Of a stretch of DNA of 64,000 bases, positions 1-13,188 are shown piece after piece. The stretch is from the NCBI GenBank assembly GCA_002633005.1, contig NMRA01000079.1:852558-916557 (forward strand), in the 5' to 3' direction. The translations under genes and the position numbers were made by a program. Under the pieces are notes generated by a model that had not been told where the DNA came from, searched no databases, and saw nothing but the letters and a program-made list of their open reading frames with translations. This stretch comes from Phoronis australis. Its lineage: Eukaryota; Animalia; Phoronida. Position 1 is the stretch's first letter; each line of letters opens with the position of its first letter.

Positions 1-640
1 GTTATCTTTGTGAATAACTATTTTTGGCAATAGACCAGGCTTGTCATTTTTTGTAACCATACCACAGTTTAATGAACATGCTACGTTTAAAAATAACTGC
101 GAGCTACCTTTATGCAGTGAAAGTACGAAAAATGCGAAGTTCATCAGAAGGTGAGCCTAACTTAAATGTCTTAATGGTGCAATAAGTGCATTAATTTGGC
201 TTGGACACAGCCCTAGACCTACCGGAGCTAACTAATTGCCTTGTAGTTGAGCTATAAACCTGAGCTTTTTTAATCGAAATATTTCTTTCGAAGATTAGAA
301 AATCATGAACAGTGCTATTGACTCGACCTACATGCACTTTACTCGGGGAGTCCCACGGGCAGTTGTGACCTACTTTTCATTTGGCGGATATTAACAGACG
401 GCAGAATAAATATGTCTGCGAATCTTCACTGATTTTGTTCGAAAAATCATAAATTCTATGACAACGTACAGACAATTCGACTTTAAGGTACATACCCAGC
501 TTTACATGAACATATCGCATCATTCAGTGGCCTAGCCATTTGTCAGGTGAAAAGATGTTCTAAGGATTTTTCGCTGGCTGCGAAATACTATTCCTCGAAC
601 ACTTATTTTTTCATCGTCACTTTTCCAAATTCCCACATCA
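1..640 (-). mobile_element. Fragment of a second SWIM/YqaJ-type element family
   Basis: Minus strand encodes KSDDEKISVRGIVFRSQRK...DAICSCKAG; homologous to 58880-59540 and, inverted, to 10940-11500. Confidence 0.6.
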
Positions 641-824
641 TAAACGAGCACCCCAAATTTGAGAATTGGGCAAAAAGGTCCTCCTCAGCAAAACAAAAAG
701 TCCGAGTAAACGAGACAAAAGTCCACAATATCCACAGGAATTCCTCGTTGATTTTTTCAATAAAAGGTCCGCATACCGAAAATTTTGAGCCCCCCTATAT
801 TTTGGGCTATAATATAAAAAATAA

Positions 825-970
825 TTGCAGGCGGTCTGATACACGTTGTACCAGACGTGCGCAGGCCTCGCATGTGGGCCCATTGCACTGATCACCTGGA
901 AATATGTTTATGCTTTATTAAAATGTGCTTAAAACCGAGCTGAGGAGCTAGAAACCTAGCTCATGGGTTT
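825..970. repeat. Dispersed repeat with inverted homolog at ~61930-62065
   Basis: accagacgtgcgcagg...catgtgggccca.tgcactgatca...gctgaggagct matches the reverse complement of 61935-62056. Confidence 0.65.
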
Positions 971-1004
971 AGCGGGGTTACATGGTGGGACTCGGGCTAG
1001 GTGC

Positions 1005-4000
1005 GTGCATGTTATTATTGCTATTTTCCCGGGTACATGTCTGCGACAGGTGGTCACAAATTCCCAAAAGATTGAGATTACACTGTACCACAGGCGTGGA
1101 GAATTGCGGTCAAAAGGGTCAACCAAGTGACAAAAGTGTGTGGAAGCCGAAGCCTCACGCCCCGTGACGTGTGTGTGCTCTATGCTTTTCCATTGAGAGA
1201 CTACGTAATCACGTTACTTATTTGGTAAGTTTTTAGCAATTAAGTTTCTATGGGCATCGCTCAGTGATGTTATGCCCACCAGTTACACCAGTGAATAACG
1301 GGTTTATTCAGTGGAATTAAGTGTTTGCTTTCAGAAACTCACCCGGGAATGCTCCCAATATAAGAGGTGTATGTGACGTGGCGTTTAGAAGTCAAGGGTG
1401 AATTTTTCATAGCAGTTACTTAACAAACTATGCTATGTGCAATAAAATTCTCTAGATGAGTGAGTTTCCTCATTTTATAGCGGACACCACCCCCAGGAAT
1501 ACCAGATTATAGTTACCCAATTAACGTGAATGAGCTATTCTGACAGTAAACTCGTAACATTGTATTGGAATAAATATTGACACTTATAAACACATTTTAG
1601 GTGTCATGAAAAATACACATTCCTAAATCACTTTTAGCCTGTTTCACATATTTTAATTCATAATTTAAATAAGGATTGGGTACATAAATTATTAGTTTCT
1701 GCATATAAACACGAAGATGAAATGTCAAATAAGTCCTGCTTTACAAAAGTAGTTTTGTCGTGTGTTTTTTATAATTTGCTAATATTTCCCTGCTATTCTG
1801 TTAGAAGTGAGAGAAAAACCAGCCGCTTAATCGCCTATTTTACCTTTCGACAAAGTGAAAAGCAGTCCTTCAGCAATAACCTGAGGAATTGAACCTCTCA
1901 ATTCAGAAAGTCAGCCCTTGCATCGGGAAAATTATAATTGTTTTTAACAAATAATGTTGTTCCGTTGTATGTATGTGGTTGTTCAGTTTCCATTTCGTTT
2001 TTAAATACACTGATAATTGATTATTCTCAAATCTTGTACATAGCAGGTTCTCATCCAGCTAGCTACACTTGAAAACATACTTTTCTTGCATGTGGAACTT
2101 TTGTTGTAGACAAGGTAACACAAAACATTAAACTGTTCAAAGGCCTTCTTAAGAAAGCTCTAAAATAGTTTCACACATAAATCAAATGCAATCAAAGGGA
2201 ATACCTCGTTTTATCGCCAGACATTTCTATAGGTCAACAGGAAAATGACAATTCGTAATCAGTAATCACTTCAGCTTCATAAAGAAGCAACACAACTGCT
2301 TTAAAACTGAAGAAATATTATGGTTTGAATAATTAGTGAATAAATTGTTTGTTAATTTAAAAAAATAATCGATCATTAAAGTGTGACATTAACGGGCTTT
2401 TTACAATCGATGCAGCCCCTGAATGCCATTTCCGCATAAAGCGTACCAAGTTGAATGGTTTTTATCAATAGTATAAAGCCTTTCTTTTGAAAGGAAAAGT
2501 TAATGTCACTCAGTGAGAAAGGACAGGAATTTATAGCCACTAGGATCGAGTTTCAATGGCCTATAGAAGCGCTTGTAAAAATGGTCCAGTTTCTTTAAAG
2601 TCCACAATTAGATCCGTGAAGGTAAACACAACATCATATCACTTGACTTGCTTTGTGCTCAAAATCAAACCCTCAACTAGACCAGAGTGTTACCAGGTCT
2701 TCTTTAGCTTCAGGCTCTCATGTTTCTTCCAGGTAAGGAAATGAGCCATTGTTGTCCACACACGACTCATTGCCTATGAAAGGACATCCTCACCAATGAG
2801 GCTGGCTGGTGTAGCAGTCAGATATAGTTCGTCTTCACACACAAACAATCCACTGGCACATTTTCGTATGGTAACTTAGTACTTGCTTGTGCATTGTGCC
2901 ATGCACCACTGCTGGTGTGTGGACGACATGCTTAGGGAAGAGAAAGGAGTAACAATGCTTGTCTATGTTGCGGCTTGATGTGGTCTGAAAAATGTCACTG
3001 AACCTGGAACAAATGTTGAAACATGAATAATTAAATACGTCAAGTTGGGTCAAAAACGGTACCCTTAATTTTCAGAAATATGATATGGTAACTGCTTTAC
3101 AATTTCACACAGAATTATGTAATTACCATTTCAAGAAAGCAAGGGTGTGTATACATGTAAAATAAGTTTTAATTTTTAGAGAACTGCGTCTTTATTTTTC
3201 ATTCCTGGCTACAACAATGCTTTAAACGCATCACTTGTCTGCAAAATAAGTAAGTTATTTGAGAAAACTTCAAACTTTTGTTACCCATTTCCAAGCATTT
3301 TGATTTTTGATACTTTCAGCAATTATAAACACCGATTACAGATTCATGGGTTTGTCAAGCACACTTCTGGTCTAAGGCTGAGGGAATCGTCTCTGAGATA
3401 TTTTATTTTTCTTCTAATAGAGGATATGAAAATTTGGGTCACTTAAAAATGATGGATAATCTTTCTACTGTTTAAGAGTAATTAAAAATCCTAAGGCATC
3501 CTTAATTGCATATTGGCAGTAAGAACAATTTGTTCAAATATGACCTCACTCGTATGTTCACATCAAAACTGTAACTTTCACATATGAATTTGTAAACGAC
3601 TTGCAACATTTCAAGGCATGAGTTAAGACTGTCCAGTTATTGGGAACTAAGAGAATGTAATATATTTTAGGGTTTTACAATGGATAGCAAATAATTATAT
3701 GAAACGCGAAAGAACTTCATGCAGGTTAAGAATTACCTCACCGTGCTCTTTCTCCTAGACACTATTACCTGTTATTTCCACACATTCAGTTGCACCAAAT
3801 TTTACAACTCCAACCCCCTATGCCGACCTCCCGCTAAGGACCTGAATAAGTAAATTATATACCTTTCTTTAAAAATAGCTGTCCCTTTTCAAAGGCTTTT
3901 TTCTTTGTCTCCGATATAGAAATTAGGCTTTGACAACAGATTTGCACTGAAAAGGAGGATCTTTCTGGTTAGCTGCCTGCAGTCAACTGCTTAAAACCAA

Positions 4001-4682
4001 TTTATGTCCATTCATGGCGGTTGCAGAAGCGATGCATACCTCCTCTGCAAGGTACTAGCTCTCAAGCCTAAAAAACAAAGGTCAGGTGAAAACAGACGTG
4101 ATATAGTTCCATGTGTACAACGTGTACAAAACTTCCGGAGGACATAGGATAGGGAGTAAACAAATAGTCTAATGAATGGGTATTTGTCACGTACCCTTAT
4201 GGCTTAGATTGTAGTGTTACCTCACTAACAAATATCGAGTTAACAGCATAAACATTCAGCATTGATTGATGTAACTGTCACTGATAAAATGGTTAGAAAT
4301 TATTCCAAACATTAACAATACTGCTTTGATATACGAAAAGATCCCGAGTCAAGTATCGTATCACACGTCAGTCATCACAACAAACAATGATTAACCGACT
4401 GGCGACTGCCGCGAAGTCGACATCGGCCAGTACCTCAATTAACAGGTATCAGTATTGTAAACATGGAATAACCGTTAAAATATACACAAACCTTACCTTT
4501 GTATAAAGTCATGCTTACTACCCCTCGTAGAAGCATCCTTTTCACGCAATCAAAGATTCAGTTGGCCCGGCTGCAGGACATTTCACCGTGTATTTAAAGG
4601 GCTAGCGAAATCGAGGCTGCTTAATATATCACCACTAGTACACGCGCGCCATCTAGTAATGTGAAGATTGTCGAATAGCCCC
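1005..4682 (+). mobile_element. Decayed ISL2EU-like (PIF/Harbinger-related) DNA transposon: THAP remnant (+), YqaJ/lambda-exonuclease remnant (-)
   Basis: THAP-like GGHKFPK at ~1050. Minus-strand YqaJ-like pieces at 2555-3005 (TPAVVHG, GLFVCEDELYLTATP, LKLKK, FYKRFYRP). Terminus cgaatagcccc at 4672-4682; inverted homolog at 39077-43044. Confidence 0.65.
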
Positions 4683-5816
4683 GTTGTAACTCCTTCCAAT
4701 TACATACATGTGTCAGTTAACAGCTAGCTAGAAAAACGGAATTTTATTCCCATTGTGGTAACTCATACTTGTTACGAAAGAGCAAAATGGACTCATGTAA
4801 TTTTTTAATCAAGCAATCTGCCGTTTTGTGATGCAAGTCCCCACGTGTGTGAAGGTCCCACATTTCCTAGTCCAACAGGGTCTATGCAGGGGACATATCG
4901 CTACATCTGTGTGACTCAACTGCATGTTGTCTACCATGAACTCAGAAACCGTTTTAATTCAACCGATTATAATCTATGTACATGTATATATACTATTACT
5001 GGACGACATCTTTTCTCAGAGTGAAAGGACAGTTATGCAGCATGTGGAAACGTTGTGAATCTAAAATACAGAAAAAAAAATGCTTCACCCTCATCACAAT
5101 TTCGTAAGCGTTGTCCACACGTCTCTGCAACCTTTTGAAAACGGAAAACTTTCTTTTCCCATGCAGACTGTCCGAATACAAACTTTTGAAAACGCTCTCC
5201 AGAAAGGAGTTTTAGTATTCGTGTGGACAGGCGAGAACGTACATTCTCTAAAACGCCTGATGTCGCTATCGTGCACGTATATTATTGACATATTCAGGTG
5301 GACGGTAAGCTGTTTGAAAACGCGATCAGGAGGAGATTCTCTTCAGTTATACATGTACCCCTCTCGCCCGAAGTATTATGAAAACCTAGTCAGTGCACAG
5401 CGCCTTTTACTGAACCAGTGTACAGAGTCTGTGGAGACACTTTAACTAATGAAGTTAGGAAACATAATCAGCAGTCAGTAACAAACATATGTGCCTTCGG
5501 ATGCTAATAACAGTTGCGATGTGGTGTGTGGGGGAAATGCGGTTTGGTTATCGTACGCAGAGGGGGTTCGTAGACAAGAACAAGAGATGAGTCTTGACTA
5601 GTATATTGAAGTTTGTAAACGTTACATAAGGAGAACAACTCTCAATGCGGAGTAACCACTACTAATTCTACTAATACTGCTCATAACACTAATGATACTA
5701 CTATAGTACCTTAGTTGCAGGGTCACTGAGCTCTTCATGTTATTCGGAGAATCAGTGGTATATGACATACAAAACGCTGTTGACCTCCCTCGTCTAACAT
5801 TCGGTAATTCTCCAGC

Positions 5817-5959
5817 ATGGATCAATTAAGGGAATACAACAATCGCTTCAGGCAGCCAGCATTAGATTCTCTTCTAACCAAGTCGCGATTTTGCAACAAA
5901 GTTGTCATTGTGACAGGGGGAGCCTCTGGTATAGGCCGAGCAACTGTGGAGAGGTTCTG
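5817..5959 (+). CDS. SDR A exon 1 (MDQLREYNNRFRQPALDSLLTKSRFCNKVVIVTGGASGIGRATVERF)
   Basis: ATG in gcATGG context, Rossmann TGxxxGIG motif, phase-2 donor TG|gtaag; 143 nt like all paralogs. Confidence 0.8.
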
Positions 5960-6358
5960 GTAAGTTGACAACACCGACTCACACAGAGTTATTAATGATA
6001 ACTTAAGCTTGTCTTAAATTGTGTAACTCATTGTCGACGTCATTCACACGCCTGCATATGCCGAGATGTAAAATCCTTAAGATTCCGAAAAGCCAAATCA
6101 AGCATGGAGGCCACAACCACTGTTGGATACTCAAGACAGCGAAATCTGAAAGATGGAATGAACTCATCTCGCTTCAATTGTCACTCGTAATACACCCATG
6201 AACAAACTCTCGTGTGGGCAGGTGCATGAATCAAACTATCCAGTCATGGCGCCGTGAACAGTGATGTGAAATAATTCTGCAGTTGAAGTCGATCGCGATG
6301 TGTTGTAGCGATACGGTACTCGAAAAGAGCAACGGAGAATATAAAAAGGGCTTTCATA

Positions 6359-9300
6359 TAGTCCGGTCCCTTAGCAGCCAAAAACCCCAAAACATTTATA
6401 CCCCGGATTAAAGCACCAAATTTGGTACACAGATACTTTTGGACACGCTGAATCTCATGGGGGTCGGTTGCCCGAAATTTGAGGTCAAGGTCAAGGTCAA
6501 ATCAAGGTCAAAGTTCATGTGGGTAATTTTTTTGAAATGGCTTCAGACGAAATAACTGTTTCATTACTGTTTCAGGTGATAAGCAGGAGGCTTTATTTTT
6601 ATTTAAAATTAATGTTAATAACTTGTACAAATAATTTAAAAGTAAAAAAGTAATTTTCCAGACGCTTAAGATGGTATTATCCTAATTAATAGAACATATA
6701 CATTTTCAATAAAAAAGTCTATTTGTTTTCTCTGGCTGAGAAAAACTGTCAAACTAGTATGAATATGCATTAAATCAACTCTAAGATGTTTACCTTTAAC
6801 AGAAATTGAATTTTAAATGTTTTTGTTACAATATTTATGGTTAATTATGTAACAAATCGTCTCCGTAATTAAACGAAATCGGACATCTTGCTAAATTTCC
6901 AAAGAACAATTGCTGAAACTTTTATCATCATTTTTAATTTGATCATAGCTGACGCTAACTTTGTTAATTAATGAGTTTACATTTTAGTTTGAACTTGATG
7001 GTCACATAAACTAAACCAATTAAAGTAATTTAGGTCAACATGGTTTCCAGCAGAATGAAATAAAAAAGTCAGGTTTTACTTGTTGTATCACGATAAGGTG
7101 AAGCCCTTGTTGCACTATACTTTAAAACAGGTCCAGGCATAATGATTGTCTTGAGGAACATGTCCTATTATCCAATGTCTATTTTTAAGATTTGTGTCCA
7201 TCCAGTTAGTTGTGTTGACACATTATGTAACAACTGAAGCTGACCCTTGCTCATCCAGACAACAGTACCAAAGCAGGTGACATCAGGTCTGAGACTCGCA
7301 TGATGTTGACCTCTAGTTCATTGTTCTTGTAATATTATTTTGAATGAGATTTACTAATTTAGGTACATGTATGTACTTTTTTGAGTAACTATGTGATATG
7401 AAAATATCCTAAATTCATTTAACTGATTGGAGATAATCATATCGCGTTTGGTGGTGATAGACCGACCCAAAAAACCTCTCCTCATATTCGAATAGGTGGA
7501 AATTCCTGCGATTTCCACAAACCTTTGAGGAAAATGCGATTTCACGCCTATACACATTTCCTGATGGCATTAAGCTCCATTGCCAGATGTAATTTTCATG
7601 CTTATTGACCCTACAGCCCTAATGGGTAATAGACTATTGAAATTGCTGATAAAAGCGTGTCAAGTTTATAGTCCCTGTAACCCCTGAGATTCTATCACGG
7701 ATATTTCGCTTTATGACTTTTGGTGAACTTCAGCACATCCGAAGACAGGAGCAGGGATTTCCTGTTTAAATCAGTACAGTAGCTATTCTCATAAATACAA
7801 TGTAAGTTGTTTAATAAGGCATAAGAGACTAATTTTTCCAACAGCCCTATTCCGATAAATAATATCTACAAAAAATACACTTTGATTTCGCAGCAGATTC
7901 TTCCCAAGGACAAGTTGTTTGAGCAATGCCCTACTCCAGAGTCACCACTAGTAATTGCCCGACAACAGATTGTTCTAAAACTTTATTGAAAGCAGTTGAG
8001 ATAACGTACATTTTCTGAATAACAAGCCATAGGTACAATTAATAGAAATGTTTCGAAGACGGCTGGTTACCTGAGCTGAAACGATACATCAGCTCTCGTT
8101 AAATTACTATGACGTATTCATACTGCCTGCTTCAGGCCACACTGGCCTCAGTGGCTACAGTTGGTAGAGCTGATTACTTTCTTCAAGTTTCGCACTTGAC
8201 TAGAAAATGACATGCACATCTCTGGCAAAGCTTCAGGAAAAACCCTTTCTTATTGTGAGAAATGAAGGTGCAGTTTTCGACCAACATCTTTCTCCGGCTG
8301 GAAAAGTGATAACCAAAGAAGAAGTCCAAAATTTGATTTCTGAAATGTGATTTTACTGATCTTGATGTTCGTCCTTGCTCATAGCGAAGGCGGCAACTTG
8401 CCACTGTACAATGATGTCCTAGAATTTCTCGTGCTCTATTTTCTTGCTCTTGAGCTTCAAAATTATGCAAGATGGGTCCCTTTCCACATCCAAGACATGA
8501 CAGCTATGTCAGCTAACGTATAACAACATCTGAAGATTCTGTGCTATTGCAATTGACCAAGCGGATCAACAAAATAATGCCTTAGTCAAAGACAGTGATG
8601 GGGCTATTGGATTAACTGAAAATCCAAACGCTTTGGCAGGGTAGTGTTTGGAAGTGAGCTAGCCTGGTTGGTGACTGAGTTTGATTGTCAATAGCGTTTT
8701 GAGGAGACAAGCCACCACAAAGACAGGACATCCTTCCAGAACAACTTTAAAAACCATGTGAACAGTTTGTGTGGTGTAAGATGTAATTTCAGCCAAGAGA
8801 AACCCTTTCTTTGTCCATGGTGATAAACTTATGACGATAGATACTCTACAAGTCTTCAGATTATCGAAGTGAGTGGAAAACAGCAATATGACAACTATAA
8901 GCAAACAGTCCTAATTGTAAAGTCACAACCAATAAAGACTAATGTCAAGAAAAACAAGTATGCTGTTTTCAAAAAAGCTAGCGGGAAGGCAAAAAGAGCA
9001 ACTCAGCAACGCATGGATGACATCAAGAAAGACTGCAGCTTAGTCAGCTTTTTGTAGCTAGTCAATTTCTAGAAGGTAACCTGGATGATTTTCTTATTCA
9101 TGAGAAACATTCTTGGTCACCATCCCTGAACCAAAACGGCAGTCTCCGTTTACCTTCACAGAAGTCGCAGTTACTTAACATGTTAGAATTTCCTCATCCA
9201 AACGTTCCTGAATCCGTCGATGTCAAAGTCTTTGATCGACCAGCTATTGTGCACAGCTTTTCTCCAAACGAATCAGTGACATTCGGACAGTTCGGTGGGC

Positions 9301-10650
9301 ACACTCTAAACTTCACAACTGTAGTAGAGTTGACACTGTGTTTGCAGGTGCTTACACCGAAGGCAGCTTGAAGGCCACCGCAAAAGCTGATAGAGGTTCG
9401 GGTGACCTTGCCAAAGTTTCTCCCCAAATGCGACTGTCTGAATTTCCAGAATTTCTTGCAAAACTCGAAGAATAAAGAGGAATTGTTTGACAATCGACTG
9501 TTCTCCAGAACAAGATATATATGTTACCTACGGCCAGTCTGTTCTTTCCTCTGGTTCGGACATACCGCCGTGCGATCATGAGAAGTCGGACACCCCTATG
9601 GGTTTGTACATTGCAGACGTTTCATCAAAGGTAATCAGAAAATACTGGTTACTACAGTGGATACTGATGTTGTGGTCGTTCTTATTGGTGTTTTGATCAG
9701 TTTAAGGCTTTGCAGCCAGCAATTCTAGTACGGGTAGTGGTTAAAGCTGGAAAGAACGCGCGCTAGCTCTTTGCCAGTAGCGTGTTTGACCAGCTTGGGT
9801 ACGATTTGTGTGTAGCTCAACCAGTTTCATGTCTTAACAGGGTCGGACACAACATCCCAGTTCTATGGAGAAGGAAAGAAAACAGCATGGAAGACATGGA
9901 AAGCTAACTCTGATGCTACTCAGGCATTCTCATGCCAGCAATTTTAATTCCTTTCAGCAACTCACCATCACAGGAGTTCAAAACAAATGACATTTAAATA
10001 TCTCGTTTATCACCGAAAAGCCAAAACCAGCCAGGTCAATACTTTACAAAAGGAGCTTTCCCTCAAAAATTCAGATCATGCCAAATTTATCGCTTACCCA
10101 ATCTCCACTGATAAAGAATGTTAACAAATGCTTGTATCAAGCTGGCAGAGCGGTCTAGAGGGGTTTGGATGGCAGAGAGAGACACAGACCAACAATGGAC
10201 ACCAGGCTGGACAGACATGCCTGAAGTCTCCAAAGCTGGTAAGCTGCTCATTGAGTGTGGTTGCAAGAGCTTACAACTACATGTATGCGTCAAGTGATGT
10301 GGATGTGATTCCTTAGCATGCACAACGCTTAGCAAATGCCAGGGAACATGTCAGTGACATGGTTTGTTTTGGTGCAAAGGAACAGATGATAGTGTTAATT
10401 GAATTATGTGAGCTACAGTGACAATTTGACATTAATCCGTTTTATTGTGTTGATATTATAAGCAGTTGACAATCGGTTTATATTATGTAGACAGGAGCTA
10501 GAACAAGCATATTAACGTCATTTATCAAAGCTGGGCTCCGAGTTTTTGGTCGAGTCTGTCAAGTGCTATGCATATATTGGTCTCTTTATCATAACATTAA
10601 CCGAATTTCCATAATAATTGTGCAAATTAATGATAAATCGAGTTCATTTT
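6359..10650 (+). mobile_element. Decayed AcademX-like DNA transposon (DDE transposase + XPG/FEN-like nuclease + Cys-rich tail) in SDR A intron 1
   Basis: Begins TAGTCCGG exactly where homology with the empty paralogous site (~15062) stops. Frameshifted motifs: NYARWVPFHIQDM (8461), AIAIDQADQQNNALVK (~8540), PPCDHEKSDT (~9565), TTVDTDVVV (~9650), FHVLTGSDTTSQFYGEGKKTAW (~9825), ECGCK...CTTLSKCQGTC* (to ~10357). Right end not seen before the N at 10651. Confidence 0.7.
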
Positions 10651-10759
10651 NCTTGTAGACCACGAGCCTCGCCGTTATGTCAGTATACACTTCAAACTTT
10701 CGCCGCGATTCAAAAAGAAGCCAAAGTTTTGGTGCTCTTGCGAGGAATCTGCCCCACAA

Positions 10760-11500
10760 TTGAGCTATCACCAGCTCCGCCCCCTTGCGAAAAGTCACGT
10801 GACACCCGACAAACAAGCAAGATGACAGAGGCAAATACACAGTCGCTAAACGACGTTCCTGGTGGAATTGATGGGCGTTTTTTTGCTCTTCCCGAAAACG
10901 CTTTGACAAAGAAATCAGGTGGCACTTTTCAGCTTAGAATCGTATATTCGTGACTTGGGAATTTGTATAGCTGCGACGATAAAAAAGTGTTCGAGCAAAA
11001 GTATTTCGGAGTCAGCGAAAGTCCAAAGAACCCCACAAAGGGTTCACCTTCACTTGAAAACTGACAAGGCCACTGATTCGATAAGTTCATGTGAAGCTGG
11101 GTATTAAACTTAAAGTCGAATTATCTGTACGATGACATAGATTTCAGGATATTTTGAACAAAATCAGAGAAGACTCGCCGATATATTTATTCTGCCGTCT
11201 GCTAAATTCCGCCAAATGAAAAGTAGATCACAACTGATTGTATTCTCCAAGTAAAGTTTATATTTTCTGATCTTCCAGCGAAACTATTTGATTAAAAAAA
11301 TCAGATCGGTAGCTCAGGCACATAATCATCCTAGACAAGCAGTCAGCTCTGGTAGCTCTACGGCTGTGTCCAAAAGTCAAATTAACGCATGGAATTGGCC
11401 GTAATTCAGTGCACCATTAAGACGGTTAAGTTAGGCTTCACATTTTTGTACATTCATTGCATAATGGTAGTTTGCAGTTAACTTTAAACGTAGTATGATC
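10760..11500 (+). mobile_element. SWIM/YqaJ-type element fragment (inverted relative to the other two copies)
   Basis: MTEANTQSLNDVPGGIDG...HLHLKTDKATDSISSCEAG; reverse complement of 58970-59725. Confidence 0.6.
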
Positions 11501-11589
11501 ACGCTGTCTTATACTGCCCCATCGGTACAGTTACCAGTAGAGCACAAGCCTCTACAGTCAGTGCTTCCCCTCCTTACACTGCCACATCA

Positions 11590-11790
11590 TCCTGGGGGCG
11601 ACTGTATTGCCAGTGCCCCCCTCACTCACCACCCCATTTTCATCCCGGGGCAACTGTATTGCCAGTGTCCTGTTCATGGGCACCTTTAATGCCAGTGTCC
11701 ATTTCACTCACCCATTTTTCACCCTAGGGCGCCTGTATTGCCAGTGTCCTACTTCACTCATTCTCCATTTTCATTGGCATGCCCTTTCCA
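11590..11790. repeat. Degenerate minisatellite (ctgtattgccagtg motif)
   Basis: ctgtattgccagtg at ~11602, 11655 and 11733, plus tgccagtgtcc at ~11690. Confidence 0.55.
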
Positions 11791-12276
11791 CTCACCTTTT
11801 CGGGGTTCTCCCTCTCGGGCACTCCTTCCCGCCCCCTTTATACTTGTTGGTTTACCCCATGCCCTATTATGGGTGATTCTCCACTTAGCATTTTTCCATA
11901 CTTTATATAGGTTTACTTTTGACGGTGCAACCGTTTGCTGTTACTTATTTGTATGTATCTTCGTACATGTCACCGTTTCTGTTTAGTTAGGCTTATATAG
12001 ACACCTGCTTTTTGTTGGTTGACATGTTCCTTATGTATATTCTTTAGTTTTTATCTATTCATGTTGGACTTATATTCCTCTGGGTTTCAGTTACTATGAT
12101 TTCGACACCTTGTTGTGCCGCTCTATAACTTTGTCATGTTGCCTCTCTGTGTACCACTCCATGTTCGTATTTTCCTATTTACGTGCTTACTTTAGCCCCC
12201 TTTTTTCTTATGCCCCTTTTGGCAGCCTCGCTTGCTCTCCCTTGGGTGGGCAGATGCATCTTTCTGCTGCATCTGT

Positions 12277-12975
12277 GGCAGATTGTCACCCACCTTTACA
12301 GTTCAATATATTATGTAACTTTTGTAATTACCGATATCTGTAGTACATGTAGTTTAGTTTTATTGTCATAATATATATGATCTTTTATCTCATCTATACG
12401 TGTTGTTTCACTGTAAACTATCTTCGGTATCGCTTAGCAATTAGCGCATATAAAATTATTTAAGTATTAAATTGTTTTATGTAAGCTATACTGCTTCGAC
12501 CTCATTATCATATTGTTTGGATTCTCGGGTCAGTGACCCTCTTTGTTCTACGATTATTGGTTTAACTGCACCACGTGATCTTTATGTCTCGTCGCAGCAC
12601 TGGGCCATCGTTCACAATTCTCTCCAAATTTCAGTTTGCACTCAATTTCTCTTTCCCTCCCTACAGCAACACCAATTTTCCTTACTCCCCTGTTTATCCT
12701 TACCTTCCCCATGTCGCTGTCCTGGTGTTGCTGTTATGCTTCCGCATATTATTACTTAACATTCTATTCACCACTTATGTATACCTTCATTGCTACTAGG
12801 CAGATTGTCACCCACCTTTACAGTTCAACATATTATGTAACTTTTGTAATTACCGATATCTGTAGCAGTTTAGTTTGTCATAATGTACATGTATATGACC
12901 TTTTATCTCATCTACGCGTGTTGTTTCACTGTAAACTAGCTTCGTTATCGCTTCGCAGTTAGCGCATATAAAAAA
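12277..12975 (+). repeat. ~180-bp direct repeats (12277-12455, 12799-12975) at the end of a pyrimidine-rich insert
   Basis: ggcagattgtcacccacctttacagttcaa...ttagcgcatataaaa present twice. Confidence 0.75.
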
Positions 12976-13017
12976 CACTGTTGACCTCCCTCGTCTATCA
13001 CTCGGTAACTCGCCAGC

Positions 13018-13160
13018 AGGGATCAACTAAGCGAATACAACAATCGCTTCAGGCAGCCAGCATTAGATTCTCCTCTAACCAAGTCGCGATTTTGCAACAA
13101 AGTTGTCATTGTGACAGGGGGAGCCTCTGGTATAGGCCGAGCAACTGTGGAGAGGTTCTG
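13018..13160 (+). pseudogene. Duplicated SDR exon 1 with ATG->AGG
   Basis: 4 substitutions vs 5817-5959 over 143 nt, one destroying the start codon. Donor gtaag retained; downstream intron homology 14730-15062 to 6016-6358. Confidence 0.8.
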
Positions 13161-13188
13161 GTAAGTTGACAACACCAACTCACACACA

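Noticed and set aside
5520-5767. Solo LTR candidate (TG...CA)
   Set aside because: No target-site duplication and no second copy in the window; mentioned only as context in a finding.
8143-8172. tRNA 5'-half-like string (gcctcagtggctacagttggtagagc)
   Set aside because: No B box or 3' half; a similar isolated A-box-like string near 29133 was also rejected.
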